NCBI GenBank assembly: GCA_002633005.1
Contig: NMRA01000217.1
Coordinates: 490,417-554,416, forward strand
Source of the DNA: Phoronis australis
Taxonomy: Eukaryota; Animalia; Phoronida
Length of the DNA: 64,000 bases
Reading direction: 5' to 3'
Numbering within the stretch: position 1 is the stretch's first letter; each line of letters opens with the position of its first letter. Below the pieces are notes generated by a model. The model searched no databases. It saw only the letters and a program-made list of their open reading frames with translations, and was not told the DNA's origin. The translations under genes and the position numbers were made by a program. This document shows positions 62,564-64,000 of the stretch, one piece after another.

Positions 62564-64000
62564 ATTACGTAACAGTAAACTGAAAGGGGTTTCTCAGATT
62601 TCAACCAATGGGAATGACTGAAAATTATGACGTCGGTTTCATTACTTTAACCAATAAGAAGCCATGATAAACAACATTCCACAATGCAACCTTTCGTAGC
62701 ACTGTGAATGAGTGTATTTGGACGTTCGCTATTGTTTATGCGAGCATGCGCAGACAATCTTCGTGTAAAGACTCATGCTGATCCAGTTTGGGATCTAATG
62801 TCGTATGAAAGCGCAAGTCGCTTCGTGACATCTCATGGGCGGCGCAGCACTGAAAAAGTGGAAGCTATAGCCCCCCAGCCCCCTACGGTGCGCCCCCTAT
62901 GCAACTGACACCGTAACAACTGTCTTTCGTGTAAACGTGACTATATTGAAACGAGATGATTGGCTCACGGATGTGGTTTTCTTGGTACATTAAGGCGCTC
63001 AGGCCACCACCTATTGCTCATGACTTGACTCGGAAATTGACGAGCCACGTGCCTTAGTTCTATTAATATTCCCAGCTTCACGCGATTTGTGTGTGCCAAT
63101 TTTCGCCTCGTATCCCTAGAAATTTTCTTGGTTAAGATCGCAGACGTTCTTTTCTCATAAAGCACAGTTCTCCCGCGACATCATATTATTGGCCAGGCAC
63201 ATTTTCTTAAAAACGTGACTCACAAAAGTATACATGAAGTTCAAATTCACGAGCTACAGTCCACTGAGCTTGCAGATAAACTATCCACGAATCCGAATCT
63301 GGAAACTGCGGTTCACGAGAAAAGAAACACGTTAGTGTGAAAAAGACAGCTCTGCGTGAGAAAGGAAATTCGCCAGCTGTGAAATAACAGTATTCCTGGA
63401 AAAGAACGTTGTTCGTGAGAGAGGAGGACGGTCTTGAATTCTTTCTTTCTAGTGCCAAAGCTTTTTAACTTTAAATGTTAAATTGATGGATTGCCACAGT
63501 TGGGTTAATTTCAATTCGAGGCAGTATTTCATTATTTCTGTTTGATAATCAAATTAGTGCCAATAAACATGCGCAATAGGTACGGTAGTGTTTCTCAAAA
63601 TTTAGTTGAGAAGTTCAAAAAATTAAACAGGTTACTTCAAAAAGTGTAATGCTCTTAAATGAGCTGTAAGTAAAAGACATGTTCAATTATCTGAGGTTTA
63701 AAGCACACGATTGGCACCGATCGAGGCAGAAAACGTTGAAAATGGCGGAAATAGCAGAGAGCGCAAGATAGGACCAACAAAACATATCCCGAGTACCAGT
63801 GTTTAAATTAATTTACCTACAAGGTTTCCCTTCAATGTTTGGTCAGTTACAGTCAGTTTTTTCAGACTGGCCAATGAAAATGATTTTACTTGGCTTTGCA
63901 TTTTGTGATAGCACCTGCTTTGGAAGTCATACGGTAAAGATGTCTAGAGTGAAATTTCAGAGTCTAATAGTGTGAGAAATTAAAGGCCTAAAAAGCCAAA

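Noticed and set aside
62334-62621. Hydrophobic 95-aa plus-strand ORF as a membrane protein
   Set aside because: Antisense to the RecQ-like remnant, GTG start, no family motif.

Overview
AT-rich (about 37% GC by eye), repeat-dense eukaryotic DNA from a draft assembly (N gap 7409-7535, single Ns at 11314 and 38542); it looks like a marine invertebrate, which is inference. Four host coding regions are supportable: two paralogous intronless rhodopsin-class GPCRs of the melanocortin/adenosine-like type facing tail-to-tail (23191-24132 +, 50615-51613 -), a terminal exon encoding two EF-hands after a KR site (45561-45780 +), and an intronless CD20/MS4A-like four-TM protein (46721-47338 +). Much of the rest is DNA-transposon debris. 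A ~10 kb non-coding composite unit occurs three times in direct orientation (~899-10178, 26443-37112, 41983-44498). Comparing the copies gives empty versus filled sites for nested hAT (8-bp and 5-bp TSD), IS3EU, ISL2EU-like and CWG-target MITE insertions. It also shows the over-represented octamer TACATGTA arising by 6-bp insertion at TA, the Tc1/mariner excision footprint. Also present are THAP-bearing TTAA (Kolobok-type) elements and a badly decayed Academ-type element with RecQ helicase (~57.3-62.6 kb). All family assignments are by eye and need database confirmation.
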